NCBI GenBank assembly: GCA_965198115.1
Contig: OZ240241.1
Span: 7,712,001 to 7,776,000 of the forward strand
Length of the DNA stretch: 64,000 bases
Direction: 5' to 3'
Origin: Candidatus Latescibacterota bacterium
GTDB taxonomy: Bacteria; Latescibacterota; UBA2968
The notes beneath the pieces were generated by a model. It was not told the DNA's origin and searched no databases. It saw nothing but the letters and a program-made list of their open reading frames with translations. A program made the translations under genes and the position numbers. Positions 10,199 through 19,798 of this stretch are shown here, in pieces. Numbering within the stretch: position 1 is the stretch's first letter; each line of letters opens with the position of its first letter.

Positions 10199-10615
10199 GT
10201 GACAAGTAACCTTGAATTGTATATGCAAATCCGTAAAAACCTTCTTTATGAATTGGCTCAGGTTGATCGCAAGATCTCTGAACTTTCGGGCAAGAGTATC
10301 CCGGCACTTACTCGAACACGCCGCGTCAAGAAAAGCAGACGCAAAAACCCCAACTCCGTAAGCGCCCAAGTCAAGAAAGCGCTTTCCGACATAATAGAGC
10401 CCGAGGACGGTAGACATAAACCCCCGAAGGTTATCCAGTCGGAGTTGAAGGAGATTGGAATCATCGTTGACATGAGGTACCTCCGAAGTTTGCTGTCCAT
10501 CGAGAAACGGCATCATGATCGGCTCGCGAATGATCACGAAGGATGGTTCAAGCCAGCTGAAAACGATACGGCCCCGGAGGGCGCGGAAACGCCGACCGAG
10601 GCCGTAAATTCCTGA
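10199..10615 (+). CDS. IS1595 passenger protein: coiled coil, basic linker, putative winged HTH
   Basis: GAAGGAG RBS before in-frame GTG 10199; the fold is an inference from sequence pattern. Confidence 0.65.
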   Translation: MTSNLELYMQIRKNLLYELAQVDRKISELSGKSIPALTRTRRVKKSRRKNPNSVSAQVKKALSDIIEPEDGRHKPPKVIQSELKEIGIIVDMRYLRSLLSIEKRHHDRLANDHEGWFKPAENDTAPEGAETPTEAVNS

Positions 10616-10620
10616 TGGCT

Positions 10621-10691
10621 GGGGGTGGCAGGTTGCGGGCGGAAGGCTGTGGACCCGGCGCCCGGGGATTCAAGTTCCTCCACCTCCACCA
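10621..10691 (+). ncRNA. tRNA/tmRNA tRNA-like-domain mimic, 71 nt, Ala-type acceptor stem
   Basis: GGGGGTG/CACCTCC 7-bp stem with G3.U70, ACCA end, T-arm GGGGA-TTCAAGT-TCCTC, inner helix GGGCG/CGCCC. Confidence 0.7.
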
Positions 10692-10983
10692 AAATACCCC
10701 CCACATGCGTAGCGTAAGCAAAGGAGGCTAACTAAAAGATACCGACAAAAGTCCCACAAATCCAGTGTTTATCAGCGGTTATGGATAACTACATGAAAAA
10801 TCAATAGTTACAGGGGGTGAGGTCCGCCCGATCCCGCGATTCCACCAACACTTTTCCCGGGCAACTGGCCCAAAGGGGAGGTGAGATAGGCAATGACGAC
10901 TACAACTCGTTGCCGTGGACCACCAGTGATGTAATCGTTTCTTCGGACCCTAATCCGTGCGGGATCGGCGGTGCCTCACCCCT

Positions 10984-11916
10984 CTACGCCGTAAGTGGCT
11001 TGTACGACAAGCGCTTTCCGCCCGACGCCTTGATCGCGTTCAGGGTTCGTGTAACATCCGTGACCGCACGATTATTCCACCTGAACGTGGCCTCATCACA
11101 ATAACGCTGAAGGTGCTCTTTGCTGACGTGGTGCCACGATCCATAGACCGCACGTTTCAGCAGCGAGAAGAGGCTTTCGGCGGTGTTGATGTGAATGTTG
11201 CCGCGTGCATATTCGCGGGCGCTATGCTTCACAAAACCGTGGCTCTCAAACTCCCGATCCAGCCCACGATAGGACTGTAGCTCGTCCGTCATGATCGACG
11301 CTGACGGATCTACGTGTTCGCGGATGTTCTCTTTCAGGGTCACTGCCGTCACGTCAGGGACCACGCGCATACGGGCGTTACCGTCTCGCTCGACCAGAGC
11401 GGCAACGGGCGTCTTTTTCGTCTTAGGCTGGCGCTGACCCTTCTCACGCAACTCCGCTCTACGTTCGTGTGACACGCGCTCACGCGGCTTACCGCCCACG
11501 TACGCCTCATCCGCCTCGATGATGCCTTGCAGCTTGATGGTTCCATCCTCGGCCATTGCGTGCCTGATACGGTGACACATAAACCACGCGCTCTTGTAGG
11601 TGATCCCCAACTCTCTGTGAATCTGATGACTGGAAATGCCCTTCTTGGACGAGCACATCCGAGCGAAGGCGTATACCCAATCTTTAAGCGCTATGGGGCT
11701 GTTCTCAAAGATGGTGCCGACGCGGATCGTGAACTTCCGACGGCAGTCGCGGCACTTGCAACGCCCCTCAGCGCCGGCCTTGCCACCCATCTTGTAACCC
11801 TTTACAGACCCGCAATGCGGACAGATCGGACCGTCAGGCCAGCGTATGGATTCGATAAGGTGTCTGGCCTCATCTTCTGATAGGCGTGCGAGTTGTGCGG
11901 GATTCTCAATATTCAT
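10984..11916 (-). CDS. IS1595 family transposase
   Basis: CPHC..CRDC zinc ribbon, EADEAYVGG, MTDE..Y, HINTAESLFSLLKR..HHVSKEHLQRYCDE..FRWNNR; inward promoter TTGACG-17-TATATT at the right IR. Confidence 0.95.
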   Translation of the reverse strand: MNIENPAQLARLSEDEARHLIESIRWPDGPICPHCGSVKGYKMGGKAGAEGRCKCRDCRRKFTIRVGTIFENSPIALKDWVYAFARMCSSKKGISSHQIHRELGITYKSAWFMCHRIRHAMAEDGTIKLQGIIEADEAYVGGKPRERVSHERRAELREKGQRQPKTKKTPVAALVERDGNARMRVVPDVTAVTLKENIREHVDPSASIMTDELQSYRGLDREFESHGFVKHSAREYARGNIHINTAESLFSLLKRAVYGSWHHVSKEHLQRYCDEATFRWNNRAVTDVTRTLNAIKASGGKRLSYKPLTA

Positions 11917-12731
11917 GGCGTCTCTCCGTTTGTATTGACACACCCTGAATATACCACATCAATGTGGGTCCGTCAAGTATATAATGTCGAATCTTCTTAT
12001 GCTCGTAAGGTTTGTCATAGAGGTATTTAAACTCAGCCTTCACGGCGATCGAGGCGTCGATCTCCTTTTGTCGGGCGATCCGGGCCTCCCACCAATCGGC
12101 ATGTAGCTTCTTTGCTCCGTCCGACCAATTGCTGTCGGTATCCCTGGGTATTTCCCACTCCATCTGAAGTTTGGAGCCAATTGAAGTTCGGATCAGGCCC
12201 CGCGCCGCGTAAAAAGCTGGCGAAACTTATGGTGTCCTCGTCTGCGGGAGTACCAGAGGATATAATCGAGCCTTGCTGGGAGCCGATCGGTTGAGCCAAG
12301 CCCAGTCGCACCCTTGGTAAACGCAATCAGTGATACAAAGTTGTCTTCGGCGTCTGAGATCCGTCGACTCTGTCCGAGACCGTTTATAGGACGTGAACAT
12401 TCATCAATTTGTTTTACTCATCGCCATTTTTGAGTGAAGGCAGACGCCTCAGAAAACCCAGTGAGCACGACGCAGCCCTCGATGGTGAGTTCGACCGTCT
12501 TCAGGCTCTCGCTCAGCCTGGACTTCCTTCACGAGGGACGAAATTTTCGGCGAAGGCAACAGCGGCGGAAGGGGGAAGGCGGAATTCGAACCTTCCTGAA
12601 AGAATGGCTCACGCAAGAGTGCGTAAGCCATAGAAGGTGGGCGATACCGGCCTTGCCGAAGCTTCAGCGAAGGCGGGGATTCGAACCAAAAGAAATGGCC
12701 TGCGAATGAACGCAAGCCATTGATCATAATA

Positions 12732-12781
12732 TGGTGGACGATACCGGATTCGAACCAGCGACTTCCTGCTTGTAAGGTAGG
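12732..12781 (-). pseudogene. 3' half of tRNA-Val(TAC), probable att-site relic
   Basis: Minus strand CCTAC-CTTACAA-GCAGG AAGTC GCTGG-TTCGAAT-CCGGT ATCGTCC ACCA; 5' half replaced by AT-rich sequence. Confidence 0.82.
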
Positions 12782-12927
12782 AATTTATAATAGTATTTAC
12801 AATGAGTTATATAAACGTAACGTCGTATGTAACCCCATTCGGAGCCAGATCTAACCGGATCACAGCGCTCCACCACGACTTTGCTGGCTGGTCTCAGCCT
12901 CAGACTGATCTTGGTCTACCCGCCCTC

Positions 12928-12980
12928 GAGTGTGTAAGATTAACCGTGTAACTGGTGATAGAATCCTATAGTGAAGAAAC
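12928..12980 (+). mobile_element. Isolated 53-bp left end of IS256 element B
   Basis: Reverse complement of 4164-4216. Confidence 0.88.
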
Positions 12981-13633
12981 CCCAACGCGCGCAGGAAAGG
13001 AAGGACGTAATGCGCGACCAACTCGTCCTCCATGGGCCGCTCCCCGAAGGCATCCGTGTCCCAATAGAGTGCCGACAGGTCATGGACCTGAGCGACGAGC
13101 TCCTGTAACTCGGGTGGCGGCGCTTTGAGTGTCGTTTCCTCCACCGGCAAGCTCGGCAAGGCACGCGCTTGCCAATCTGTGGGTGGTGATTGAACAAACC
13201 GATTCGCGTATCCGACGACATCCTCCGACTGAACACGCGAGAGTTGAGGAGGATTGGCGCCGAACACCCGTCCGCCGAAGTCATACGGTTCGGGGAGCGA
13301 GCACCAACGCACGCGCCTGCCGTGCTGTAAGGCCCACCCATTCACGTCGTCGAACTGCGGCAGGTATTGATACTCGGATGCAACCAGGCCGACCGCACGA
13401 ATGGTCCACAGGCCCGTGCGAAGCAGCAGTACGTCACCGACGCGCAGCTCGGCGGCGAACCTCCGAACAAACCCGCCTTCGGATTCCTCGTCGGACCACT
13501 CGGAACACCACGGCCCGGTATCGCCGGGACCGATCAGCGCGACGCCGTGGTTCAAGAACTGATCGGCGTAGGAACGGTCGGACGGGCCCGCAGAAACCTG
13601 CCAGATTGCGTGCTCGTTCCTCTCCATGGTCAT
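12981..13633 (-). pseudogene. Hypothetical protein downstream of DUF1156, C-terminally truncated by the IS end
   Basis: Starts a few nt after the DUF1156 stop; frame runs into the IS256-B end after PFLRALG. Confidence 0.6.
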
Positions 13634-13637
13634 GCGG

Positions 13638-16600
13638 TCACCGTGGTACCACCAACAACATGGCGTCGAGGAGACGCTTTTCCTGGCTACCGCGCGGATA
13701 CAGGGCGGACAGCGCATTGGCAAGCCGCAGAAACTCCGGACCGCGATCCTGTTCGGCGCCGATCAGCGCCCGTAGCGCGTTGGCGTGGCCGCTGGCCTGC
13801 AGAAGCATGGCTGCATGCACCCGGTCCAGCGCCGTAGCGTCAATGGCCTGAAGTTCGGCATCGCCGTCGAGGATGGTCTTCGTGCCGCGGCGACGGCTCC
13901 GTATCTTGGGCGCGGCTTCAAATTCGGGGAAGAGCGTCGCCTGCACGCTCGCGCCCGGGTCGCTCTCGATCCAATCCGCGGCGGCACCGGCACCATCTTC
14001 ACCGAACAGATCGCTGGCGCGCTCCGCTACCGGCAGCAAGCGCACTGCGCCCTTTTCCTGTCCGATAATGCGGCCGGTCCAGACATCGAGGTCGATGCCC
14101 ATGGGTTGCGCGAAGCGGCGCACGACGTCGAAGGGCAGGCTGAATCCCTTGGCGGCTATCTTGGCGACCTCTTCCTCGTCCTCCTCTTCCTTCTTGCCGT
14201 TCTCCAAGGAGGTTTCCGTGCTCTGGAGGGTCCAGAGGAACAGCGCAGTCAGGCGGGCGTCCTCCTCTAGCGCACCGGCCATGCCGTTGTGGGTCTGGGC
14301 TTCGGCGGTACCGAGGACGGTTTCGAGCGCCGCGCGGCCGACCACTTCCCAGACCTTCTCCAGATACTCGGGCAGCCCGACCTCGCGGCCCTCGGCCGTC
14401 TCGACCACGCGGTAGCGGCTGAAAATTTCGAGCGCCGGCCCGATGCAGGCGAAGACCAAGTTCCGCGCCTCGGATGCCTTCGCCCTGGAGCCGTTCCATC
14501 CAGTGACTAACGCGCCTGGGGAGTTCACGCAGGACATCCGCCCAGTCGCCGACAGGGGCGTCCTCGGCTCGCGGGCGACAGATCAGGTGAACGCTGGTGG
14601 CGAGCGCGGCAGAATCCTGCGAACGTGGACGCCCTGGTCTTTCCGTGGCAATGGGCCACGATCCGGTGATGGTCCAGCCACCCCGGACAATCCCAGAGAG
14701 CAGCGCTTCCCATCCTTCGGTGGTCTTGTGCGCGAAGACGACCGAACCAATTCCATCTTCGTGCAGCACCCGCCGACCTTCTGCGAATGCGCGAGCCATC
14801 ATCTCCTCAAACCACTTGCGATCCTTGGGCCGACCTTCGACCTGCTTGGTCTCGTCCTGCACCGCCTCGGCCGTCTTGGGCGAGAGCGGATTTCCTGGAT
14901 CGAACGGGTCACGCAACAACGGGTGGTCGGGCAGCGCGCGCTTGAGCCAGACCAGAAAGAAATCGGAAAGATCGGAGTAGGGAATGGCGTCGTAGTAAGG
15001 CGGATCCGTGAACCAGGCACCGGCGGTTTGGTCGGGAAGTGGGTGGGCAGTCGCGTCGGAATGCTGCAGTGAACCAGTACTTCCTCGTAAGTGTCCCCAA
15101 GTTTCGAGGACACTGCCTACCCAGCCAATCGAGCTTTCGAAACACCACGATGCCTTGTCAAAAGGGTTAGGGTTCGCGAATAAATAAACGGTCGATCTCA
15201 ATGTTGAGCCATTGGCCGGATCGTGTAGTTCCAGTCGCCGTGGAAATCGTGCGGAGTGAGATCGATTTGGGTCATCTGTTCATCGGTCACCTTGACCCCG
15301 TTAGGGTAGGGTCGCTTGTCGATCTCGGAGCGTACTCGGAGACCGGCTTGAGTGGTCGTTCCGGCAATGAGATTCACGGTTGCAGCCAGGCTGACCAGGG
15401 GCTTGCCTCGCCAGTTCATAGCGATGAAGGAGAACAGGCGATGTTCGATCTTGTTCCACTTACTAGTGCCAGGAGGGTAGTGGCATACGGTGATCGTCAG
15501 GCCAGTGCGATTCGCAAAGCGCTGCAGCTCCCACTTCCACAGCCGCGTCTTGGCGCCGTTGCTGCCGCCTGCGTCCGCCGTGATTAGCAGATGCGTCGAA
15601 GTGCCGTAGGCGGGCCGTCCCATGTTCTTCCACCAACTTCGGATCGCATTCACGGCGAAGCTGGCCGTGTCGTGATCGATACCGACACTTACCCAGCCTT
15701 CATCACGGCTCAGATCATACACTCCATAAGGGATCGCCTTGCCCTGAGCAGGCACTATGAAATCGTGTACCTTCACACGCTCCGGGTCTCCCTTGGGTCG
15801 CCATTCTCGGCCAGGATTCTTGAAGTCGCCGATCAACTCTTTCTTCTTGGTGTCCACCGAGATAACGGGAAGGCCCTGCTGCTGCTGCTGGCTAATCCGA
15901 TCATCGAGGTAAACGAACTGAGCGTCCCGATCCGGGTGTGCAGATCCCTCCCTTGTCTTCCGATTCGCCTGCAGCGTGTAATCGTGTTCGTGCAGGAGAT
16001 TGGCAACGATCCTGGGGCTCACCGAATGCCCCATCGCTTGCAACTCGGCGGCCAGTTTGCGAGTGCTCTTCGATGTCCATCTCAGAGGATTGTCGTCAGG
16101 CGACCCCGCAGTCGTTGGCTCGACCAGATCATTCAGGTCCTGCCACAGCGTCGGGTCCGTGTCGGCCTTCCGCTTACGACCGCCGCCTGGACGCCGGATG
16201 CGAGCCGGGTCCAAAGGTTCGTCCGACCTCAACTCCTGAATGCCACGAAAGATCCGCTCTCTGGACATTCCTGTCGCCAGAGCCACAATCGCGATCCCAC
16301 CGTGACCCAACGCTTCGGCTTCCGTGGCGGCCCTCAGACGACGCGTGCGTTCCGTCAGCACCGGAGCCAAGGCTTCATACTTCGTTCGGAGAGTTTCGAC
16401 GTCCACACTCCGAGCGTAAGATCATTACCTTGAAAAGTGCAGCACTTATTTCGTGGCAAACCCTTAGTTTCGCAGAAATCCCATTTGATGGGCAACGCCT
16501 GAAGCGTGAACGTCGCAGCGGGTGTCTCTCGATCCATCCAACGTACCAGTGACGAAAAGTCATCTGCAAATCTCGAAAGGGACAAGGCCAGGAAGGGTTG

Positions 16601-17886
16601 CAACGCTTCCGTAGAAGACTCTTCGACGAACCGCCCCAACTCCACCAACGCCACCTTCTGCCGCGCCGTGAACAGGTTACCCCACTGCAGCATGCCGTAA
16701 CGCTGCACGCGAAAGCCCAGTGTCCCAATTGGCGGCAACGGCTCATCCGGCACTGGGCAAAGCCCCTGCTTCCCGCCACGCTCCCACTCGCCGAGGATTT
16801 CGACGAGGCGCGACTGCGCTTTGCGCACCGCCTCATGGTCCGCTTCGGTGGGCAACCGATAGTGCCGCCCGATCTGTCCTGGCCGAAGCGTCACGACCGC
16901 CGTCATCCGAGCGCCGCCTGTCCGGTGGTCCTCCTCATCGAAGACAACGTCCGCCCCGCCTCTTTGCGCCGCGAGGTGCGCCCGCACTCGTTCCGGTGGC
17001 AGCACCGCGCCACAGCAAAGGCATGTCGCCTTGGCGCGGGTCACGGTTCCACCATGTACTTCCTTGTCCACCTTGGGTTCGAACACCTCGAACTCGACAT
17101 GCGGAGGCGATCCATCGGGCCGCTCGACCCGGTGCCGCAACGCCCACTTCCGTTTCGTCTTCTTGCACAGCCAGAACGAACGCATCAGTGGAATCTCGGC
17201 GCCGCAGTTGGGTGCCTCGCAGCGCACCGTGCGCGCCCAAAGATAGGCGATTGGCGTTGCACTGTCGGGGCCCTTCGGGTAGAGATCGGCCAACTCCCGT
17301 TCGGCGTGCCGCTTGATCTTGCCGCCGACCTTGCGCAGTTCTTCGGCCAGCTCTGGTCCGTGGCGCGGGATGTCCTCCAGCATCACCTTGAGGATTAGGC
17401 AGGCCACTGGGTTGAGATCGCTGGCGAACGCCTCGCAACCGAGCCGCAGTGCCTCCAGCGGGATTGAGCCCCCGCCCGCGAAAGGGTCCACGACCAGGGG
17501 CGGCTCCTCGCCGTGCGCAGCCTTGACCAGGGCGCGGCCCACGTCGAGATAGGTGGGGTTCGCAGCATTGTCCCAGTTGGCGAAGTCGGCGATGAACTTG
17601 AGTATTTTCGCCCTTAGATCCTCGTCCGTCCGACCGACCCAACGACAGGCGGCAAAAGGTCGCGCGCCTTGCCCTTGAACGCCTCAGGGCAGTGCTCGTC
17701 GCACGGGTCCGGCAACAGCAGCGCCATCAGCACCGCCCGCGACGAGGCCAAGGGCCGCCGCGCCCACCACACGTGGAGGGTCGAGGGATGCCCGTGCCGG
17801 ATCGACTTCTCCCGCACCGCGTGCTTCGAGACTTCGGCAATGGGAAAGTCCACCTCGGCGAGGCGCTTGCATTCTTTAGGGATCAT
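13638..17886 (-). pseudogene. DUF1156-family adenine DNA methyltransferase, interrupted by ISAzo13 and two frameshifts
   Basis: [16 protein letters not shown] (DUF1156), DPFAGGGSIPLEA (SAM binding), TDPPYYD (catalytic); breaks at ~17620, 15170-16463 and ~14465. Confidence 0.9.
15170..16463 (-). mobile_element. ISAzo13-family element, copy 1 (1294 bp), TSD TTA; transposase 15198-16406
   Basis: Ends GGGTTCGCGAATAAATAA / TTATTTCGTGGCAAACCC; ISVDTKKKELIG, ADAGGSNG, PPGTSKWNKIEHRLFS; excision restores ..CET-NPFD.. Confidence 0.93.
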
Positions 17887-18512
17887 AGCTGGCCAGTCTT
17901 CCTGCCTGCTGTCTTGACGAGCCACTGCAGACAATTGATCGCGCGTTGAAGACTTTCGGCGCGCCTAGCGGCCACTACGGGCTGCCAGTGTTCCTGGACG
18001 TACTCGATGAGTCTCGACGGGTATGCCGGGCCTACGCGCCGCCCGCTCTTCGCCCGCGGCACCATGTCCTTGCGGATACCCTTGAGTCGCGAGTCACGCG
18101 CCAAGTCGACCATCTTATCCTTGGGGTGCGCCAATTTTTCGGGTTCTGCGGGTATTTTGTCTCGTCTCACCCTCAGATAGCGTGCGAGCGTTTGAGCATC
18201 CGCCATCAACCAGGCCTCGACTTCGCGCACGGCGATTCGGAAGCAAAGATGAGACGCGGGCGCCGGCAACCATGCATCGCGTATCGGTGGGGCGCAATCG
18301 GCATCGTTATCGAGATCGATGAGCACCACCCACGGTGCATAGCGAGCCGCATTGTTATAGCCGTCGATCTTCTTACGCAACGCGGGCTTGCCGTTTTTTC
18401 CGTACACGTCACCGGTTTGTCCGCCCGCGTGGGCGATGAGCCTTCGTACAACCGCTTCGTCGATGTCACCTTCGACCGCTGCGGAGATGATGGTAGACAG
18501 AGGCACGTTCAC
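17883..18512 (-). CDS. DUF4276-like TOPRIM-type protein
   Basis: [29 protein letters not shown]; overlaps both neighbouring genes. Confidence 0.75.
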   Translation of the reverse strand: MNVPLSTIISAAVEGDIDEAVVRRLIAHAGGQTGDVYGKNGKPALRKKIDGYNNAARYAPWVVLIDLDNDADCAPPIRDAWLPAPASHLCFRIAVREVEAWLMADAQTLARYLRVRRDKIPAEPEKLAHPKDKMVDLARDSRLKGIRKDMVPRAKSGRRVGPAYPSRLIEYVQEHWQPVVAARRAESLQRAINCLQWLVKTAGRKTGQL

Positions 18513-19660
18513 GAATCTCCGAACAAGGAGATTTGTGCCGCGTGCACAGGCCGGGTTTTCGGGATGACGGCATCGGCAAGCGAGAGACCGCCCTCCAGCA
18601 ATTTGCGGATGTCCGTGTGCAATACAGCCGGAGTTACGGCGACGCCTTCCGTTTTGGGAACGATGAGCAGCGTCTCGTCGAGCCCGATTCCCTCATCTCG
18701 CAGCAGGTCCGGTGAGTGGGTGCTCAGAAAGATCTGCCGACCGGTTCTCCGCTGAACCCTGGCCAGCAACTGGGGCAACGCGCGCACGATCTCCGGGTGG
18801 AGCGAGAGTTCCGGCTCTTCGAGTAGCAACGGCCCCTCTTTTTCCATGATCGCCCAGAGAAGCCCCATGAGCCGCAATGTCCCGTCCGAGAATTGCTCCT
18901 CCATCTGCCAAGCCCCCTGCGGGCGCCAGTGTTGGTACTTGCCCCGCAGGTGCGGCGTGCCGCGGGCGTCGCGCCATAGCTCAATCTCTTCGAGTTGGGG
19001 AACCGCGACCCGAAGAGCTTTCTGTATGCGCTTGAGCCGCGCATTGCGGGTCCGATCCTGGGTCTTTGTTACCTGCTCCAGAAAATCGCCACCGAAGGGA
19101 TCGTTCGTTCGACCGACCGAACGATCAGGCTCACGCACGAGCTGCGGCACGATGTGCAGATACCGGATAGATGTAAAGGACTCGACAAGGTCGCGAAACG
19201 GCTTGTTGACGCTTACTTGTTCAAGATAGGTCTGTGTCAAGCGCGCAGGATCGTTCCTGTCATCGTCGTTGGGCCGATCGACAAGCAGACTCTGATCGAG
19301 TATGACACGTTCTTTGCGGAGTAGTGGCCGACGCTGGTTGTCCTGGTAGAAGGCGATTTCATACTTCCATCGAGACCCTCCTCCTCCCTCCTGCAATTCG
19401 ATATGAATCTCGATATCCGGCTTACTGCGTGCAGCCAGGCACCGGATGGCGCTCACCCCACCGCGTCGCCGGACCGCCTCCTGAAAACCGCCGCCGGAAG
19501 AAGCCAAGTCATGCAAGAACCGAAAAACATCAAGGAAGTTGGATTTTCCCGATGCGTTGGGCCCTACGAGAAAGATACGATCCTCTATGGCGACGTCGAC
19601 ATCGACGAAGTTCTTCCAATTGCGTAGGCGTAGCCTCCGAATCTTCAGGTCGCTGCTCAT
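18509..19660 (-). CDS. AAA_21/ABC-type ATPase
   Basis: GPNASGKS, FSDGTLR, LLLEEPELSLHP, STHS. Confidence 0.92.
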   Translation of the reverse strand: MSSDLKIRRLRLRNWKNFVDVDVAIEDRIFLVGPNASGKSNFLDVFRFLHDLASSGGGFQEAVRRRGGVSAIRCLAARSKPDIEIHIELQEGGGGSRWKYEIAFYQDNQRRPLLRKERVILDQSLLVDRPNDDDRNDPARLTQTYLEQVSVNKPFRDLVESFTSIRYLHIVPQLVREPDRSVGRTNDPFGGDFLEQVTKTQDRTRNARLKRIQKALRVAVPQLEEIELWRDARGTPHLRGKYQHWRPQGAWQMEEQFSDGTLRLMGLLWAIMEKEGPLLLEEPELSLHPEIVRALPQLLARVQRRTGRQIFLSTHSPDLLRDEGIGLDETLLIVPKTEGVAVTPAVLHTDIRKLLEGGLSLADAVIPKTRPVHAAQISLFGDS

Positions 19661-19798
19661 GGGTTCACCTTTGTGATCATTCTTCACATTCGTATCTTGG
19701 CGGAGCCTTCCTCACTTGCATCGGCTCGGTCTTCTGCTGACCGCCGAAGGCGGATTCGTACCGGGCATCAAGCCAGCCGGTTTTGACTCTCGGCTTCC

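Larger units (their letters stand above)
9877..11989 (-). mobile_element. IS1595-family element with passenger cargo (2113 bp)
   Basis: Perfect 25-bp IR CGACATTATATACTTGACGGACCCA; 8-bp TSD AATCTTCT at 9869-9876 and 11990-11997. Confidence 0.95.
9490..12163 (-). pseudogene. Internal fragment of a site-specific (type III Mod-like) DNA methyltransferase, split by IS1595
   Basis: Removing 9877-11989 and one TSD rejoins EWEIPR..ARIARQKEIDASI..LYDKPYEHKKI|VRVAGPFTVENLSPHR..RAAIFIGPEFGTV. Confidence 0.75.

Noticed and set aside
10621-10691. Canonical tRNA-His(GTG)
   Set aside because: No D-stem, only a 2-bp stem under the loop, Ala-type acceptor; kept as a tRNA-like RNA instead
12732-12781. Functional tRNA-Val
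   Set aside because: 5' acceptor strand and D-arm absent
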